58,554 bases of DNA. Origin: Pseudomonas phage E21. A model generated the notes under the pieces. It was not told where the DNA came from and did no database searches. It saw only the letters and a list, made by a program, of their open reading frames with translations. Made by a program: the position numbers and the translations under genes. This document shows positions 55,255-58,554 of this stretch, in pieces; within the stretch, counting starts at the first letter, position 1, and each line of letters begins with the position of its first letter. The stretch lies in sequence record PV596763.1. One strand, written 5' to 3'.

Positions 55255-56322
55255 TTACTTGGTGGATACCATCAGTAAGAATGAAGTGTTAGGATCGCGT
55301 GGAACCATTAACGGAGCCGATTGCGTCATCACATAATCAACACTTGGGTCTTCTTCTTCCCACATTTTAGGGAACATTTCTAATGAACGGAAGCCCGCTT
55401 TCTTGTCGTGGATAGCACCGAAGCAACGGTAGCCCTCGATAGCACGAGATACACCTACGATACCGCCTTGTGGTACTAGGTATTCTTCTTTGCCGTCTTG
55501 GTTAACGAATTTCTGCGTGTTGACGTAGATATCCATTGCACCCGCGCCATTTACACCCGCGATACGGCCCATGTATTCAATGCCCTCAAGGCCATCTGAG
55601 ATACGCGTAATCAATGTTTCAGAACCTTTGAAACGAGTATCCATCAAGCCGTGATCGCCGAACAATTCGTCTTTGTTGATCTTGACGAATAAATCCCAAG
55701 CGTCTTGGCCGAAGATGTAGTCACGAACAACCGTACCGCTAGCAGACTTGTCATTAACCAGTTGCTTGCCTAAGCGTAAGTCTTTAAAGGTCTGCTCCGA
55801 TGTGATGCCGGGAGCCGTCCAGTCGGTTGTGATGGTCAGCGACGGGTCACGTCGGAAGTCTACACGGGTTTTCGGATAGTCCGGCCCTTCAACATCAACG
55901 TAGCCATAGATCACCGCTGACGATGCCATAACCTCGAACGTATTCTCGATCATTGACTTATGTTTGCGTAGCGTTTCTGCGACGGCCATCTTGAATTTTT
56001 GGTCTGGCGTCAAGGAGCCAGTTAGTAGGTTTTCGCCCGGGCGACGAGGAAACACCATCGATGGGTCGATAGCATGTTTAGGTTTCAGGTACGCCGGTTT
56101 AAACGCTACGGTGTGGAACCCTTTCTCTTTGATCACCACGCCTTGTACGTTAGGAGCGACGAACGGTGCTACGCGTTTATAGTTGTCGCTTACTTTATCG
56201 ATCGCGATTTCGTCTGTATCAAAGTTGATCGTGTTAGGGAAGAACCCTAAGAAAAACGACGGTAGCGATTCGATTTTACGCAATACCGGTAAAAGTTGTA
56301 CGGTTGAATACTGTCCAGCCAT
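55255..56322 (-). CDS. major capsid protein, lambda gpE-like
   Basis: 355 aa. YLKPKH and TQSAPLM blocks parallel gpE YVKPKH and IQSAPLM (memory). Confidence 0.75.
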   Translation of the reverse strand: MAGQYSTVQLLPVLRKIESLPSFFLGFFPNTINFDTDEIAIDKVSDNYKRVAPFVAPNVQGVVIKEKGFHTVAFKPAYLKPKHAIDPSMVFPRRPGENLLTGSLTPDQKFKMAVAETLRKHKSMIENTFEVMASSAVIYGYVDVEGPDYPKTRVDFRRDPSLTITTDWTAPGITSEQTFKDLRLGKQLVNDKSASGTVVRDYIFGQDAWDLFVKINKDELFGDHGLMDTRFKGSETLITRISDGLEGIEYMGRIAGVNGAGAMDIYVNTQKFVNQDGKEEYLVPQGGIVGVSRAIEGYRCFGAIHDKKAGFRSLEMFPKMWEEEDPSVDYVMTQSAPLMVPRDPNTSFLLMVSTK

Positions 56323-56334
56323 TGTCTGCCCCTA

Positions 56335-56751
56335 TTAATACAGTTTTTTGATAATGATTGTTGAGCGACCTAACTCGAAAAGCGATTTGGCTTTCACTAG
56401 GTCATCAATGGCTTTCGGCCATGTGATCGCATCGATATTAAACGTTCCGCCGGTGTAGAACTGTACGGTCTGACCGCTTTTCGTTGCTTGTGCCGAGATC
56501 CCGACTGGTAATATCGCCGTTGCAGTTCCCTCACCCTCGTCACCGCCGGAACCCGTACCCGGATAAACCGTGTCGTCAAATGCTGCGATAGTGCCGTCTT
56601 CTTTACGATATACCACTTGGTACATATCGATATCGCTTGACGCCACACCGTTGTCAGTATGGATCGGTGACTCGCCGGCGAAAATCTGAGTTGGTTCCCA
56701 TGCGTTAAGATCGCGAGAACCTGCTAACATATCTACGTTTGTGTTTTTCAC
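56335..56751 (-). CDS. head decoration protein, lambda gpD-like
   Basis: 138 aa. ATAILPVGISAQATKSGQTVQFYTGGTFNIDAITWPKA parallels gpD [34 protein letters not shown]. Confidence 0.7.
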   Translation of the reverse strand: MKNTNVDMLAGSRDLNAWEPTQIFAGESPIHTDNGVASSDIDMYQVVYRKEDGTIAAFDDTVYPGTGSGGDEGEGTATAILPVGISAQATKSGQTVQFYTGGTFNIDAITWPKAIDDLVKAKSLFELGRSTIIIKKLY

Positions 56752-56764
56752 GATAAACCCCTAA

Positions 56765-58042
56765 TTAGTTACCGAAATAGCCAAGACCTGAAAGGTCGTC
56801 TAATAACGAGTTATTCTCGTCCGTTGCTAAGGGCTTATCCGTGTCCTGTGGCTCGGCTTTAATGCCCGGCTGTTCGCCTTCGTCCATTGCTTTCTTAAAA
56901 GCGTTCGGCTTTTCTTCTTGCTTTGGTTCTTCCGCTTTCTCAACCGGAGAAGCGTTAAGCATTGCCTTAGCATCTTCTTCGCTCATTGAGGTGTTGAACG
57001 CGATGTGTTGTGCTAACGATTCGCGCCCTTTTGCTTCATCACAACCAAGAATGCCCTTGATACGCGCTTGTTCTGCTTTCGCACCTTTAGCTTGTTCTTC
57101 GGACGCATTGATTGTCGGTTGCTCCGCGTTTGTGTTTTTTACGGCCATATCAGTTTCGCTCTCTGTTCCGTTAATGAAGTTGTGTAATGCCATTTCTGGC
57201 GACTCAACGCGGTCAACTAGACCTAAGTCTTTAGCGTCATTCGCGTCGTACGTTTTAGCTTCGGTGTCGAATACTAACTTTTCCGACAAACCGCGATTTC
57301 TTGCTACGGTTGCTACAAAAGTTTTTCTACAAGCGTTGACGCCTGATTGTAGCTCTGCTCTTGCTTGTTCGCTCAGTTCCTCGAAAGGGTTGGTTTCTGC
57401 CTTTCTGTCGCCGGCGCGTATCACAGATACTTTAATTCCTACGTCAGACAACATTTTAGACATATCAGCGTGAATAATCAACGCCCCAATTGAACCAGCG
57501 CCACCCGAGGGCGTGATACTTATCGCGTCACACGCACTTGCGATCGCGTAAGCAGCAGAATAGCAACTTGAGTTGATGACGGCCAGTGTAGGTTTTTCAC
57601 CGCGACGACTGAAAATCTCGTCCGATAGTTCCATACAACCGGCTGCCTCGCCCCCACCCGAATTAACGTCATAGACGATTCTCTCGACGTCCGGATCATT
57701 CAAGGCCATTGCGTGTGCTCTACGAATATAGCTATATCCTGTAACGAACCCCCAAGAACCGCCGAAGCGGTTAATTAGGGAGCCGTGTACTGGAATGAAA
57801 GCGGTTCCGTTAGAGAATCCGTATGGTTTGGTAGTTGGTGCGCTGTTAGACACCCCATACGTCATACACACGTTATTTAGCATTGTTGACCAAGTTTCGT
57901 CAGTCATGTCGGCCTCTACGTTAGCGAGCAACTGTAAGTTACTCCCCATAGAACCGACTGAACGTTCGTCCAGAAACGCCGGGCGTAGATTAATAGCTTG
58001 TACCGCTTGTACGGCAGCAGCTTGATAAGTGCCTTGCGTCAT
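56765..58042 (-). CDS. prohead protease (S49/ClpP-like) fused to scaffold, lambda gpC/Nu3-like
   Basis: 425 aa. S49 core VINSSCYSAAYAIASACDAISITPSGGAGSIG. C-terminal A/E/K-rich helical scaffold-like region. Overlaps the portal stop by 4 nt. Confidence 0.7.
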   Translation of the reverse strand: MTQGTYQAAAVQAVQAINLRPAFLDERSVGSMGSNLQLLANVEADMTDETWSTMLNNVCMTYGVSNSAPTTKPYGFSNGTAFIPVHGSLINRFGGSWGFVTGYSYIRRAHAMALNDPDVERIVYDVNSGGGEAAGCMELSDEIFSRRGEKPTLAVINSSCYSAAYAIASACDAISITPSGGAGSIGALIIHADMSKMLSDVGIKVSVIRAGDRKAETNPFEELSEQARAELQSGVNACRKTFVATVARNRGLSEKLVFDTEAKTYDANDAKDLGLVDRVESPEMALHNFINGTESETDMAVKNTNAEQPTINASEEQAKGAKAEQARIKGILGCDEAKGRESLAQHIAFNTSMSEEDAKAMLNASPVEKAEEPKQEEKPNAFKKAMDEGEQPGIKAEPQDTDKPLATDENNSLLDDLSGLGYFGN

Positions 58043-58554
58043 TCCGAATCCCCACTGTTAGTTTCTTCGTCATCTTCCGAGTTTGTTTTCTCGTTAGCGG
58101 ATATATTACTCACATCTCCGGAGAAAACAAGCCCGTATTTATCTTTTATTCGTTTTTCTCGTTCTAACTGCCTAAAAATCTCTCTCCAGTCTTCGCCGAG
58201 TCGAGCGATTTCTTTCTCACGAGTGCTCAGACCACTGTTAATTCTCATGATAGCTGCTTCGGTCTCTTTCTTCTCGTCGATTTGACCACGGGCTGCACCT
58301 ATCCAGTCGCAACGAATTAAACAGTCTTTCACTAACGGTTCATAAAACCAGTCGCTCGTTTTTCCTCGTGGCAACGGGATTTCGTTTTTGTTTATCATCT
58401 CCTCTAACCACAGCGCATAAATGTTTGTAGCGAAAGCATCAGCAATGATCTTTTTTCGAGACTGCATGAATTTCCATGTTTCCCCCATTGAGGCTCTCGC
58501 AGAAGAATAGTTAGTCTTCGTGTAGTCTCGGCTAAACTGTTCGTATGAAAGGTT
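58039..58554 (-). CDS. portal protein C-terminal part (continuation of 1128->1 if the molecule is circular)
   Basis: Frame open from 58554 down to the stop at 58039 (NLSYEQFSRDYTKTNYSSARASMGETWKFMQSRKK...). Codon phase at 58554 matches the phase at nt 1. Joined product about 548 aa, close to lambda gpB size. Confidence 0.75.
   Translation of the reverse strand, partial: NLSYEQFSRDYTKTNYSSARASMGETWKFMQSRKKIIADAFATNIYALWLEEMINKNEIPLPRGKTSDWFYEPLVKDCLIRCDWIGAARGQIDEKKETEAAIMRINSGLSTREKEIARLGEDWREIFRQLEREKRIKDKYGLVFSGDVSNISANEKTNSEDDEETNSGDSE

Noticed and set aside
56841-57473. 210-aa plus-strand ORF inside the protease/scaffold gene, and similar antisense ORFs (47049..47525, 8796..9119, 11908..12279, 28576..28785 etc.)
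   Set aside because: All lie antisense or out-of-frame within long, motif-supported genes and are Ser/Ala/Leu-rich. Treated as spurious.
1-58554. Integrase/excisionase/CI-like repressor (temperate lifestyle) and reverse transcriptase/DGR near the diversified tail genes
   Set aside because: No ORF showed tyrosine-recombinase (R..H..R..Y), serine-recombinase or RT (YxDD with flanking motifs) signatures. The YADR in 18098..18748 is not an RT motif in context.

Overview
The 58,554-bp window looks like a complete, circularly closed (or circularly permuted) genome of a tailed dsDNA phage. A long non-contractile tail is inferred from tape-measure, major-tail and gpJ-like genes. The portal gene is cut by the window ends and stays in frame across the 58554->1 junction. 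The layout on the minus strand is a replication module (acidic protein, DUF2800-like PD-(D/E)XK nuclease, gp2.5/DUF2815-like SSB candidate, family-A DNA polymerase, VRR-NUC, SNF2 helicase). This runs straight into a lambda-like packaging/head/tail module (Nu1-, A-, W-, B-, C-, D-, E-, FI/FII-, Z-, U-, V-, G/GT-, H-like). Next come a GTA/lambda-J-like tail tip, three tandem LamG-like putative receptor-binding paralogs plus a fragmented fourth copy, a repetitive fibre-like protein, and a lysis cassette (holin candidate, endolysin candidate, overlapping spanins). The plus strand carries a prim-pol/SF3 primase-helicase, followed by a ~1.4-kb non-coding region rich in palindromes and strand-biased tracts. 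Two divergent early clusters of small, mostly unknown genes include a phage Dam-type N6-adenine methyltransferase at the end of a five-gene coupled operon, an RdgC-like protein and a DUF4406 nucleoside-deoxyribosyltransferase-like protein. These clusters are driven by reiterated consensus sigma70-like promoter cassettes. No integrase, repressor, tRNA, CRISPR array or reverse transcriptase was recognised. GC is roughly 50% by eye. All coordinates were hand-indexed and may be off by a few nt. Family assignments rest on remembered motifs, not searches.
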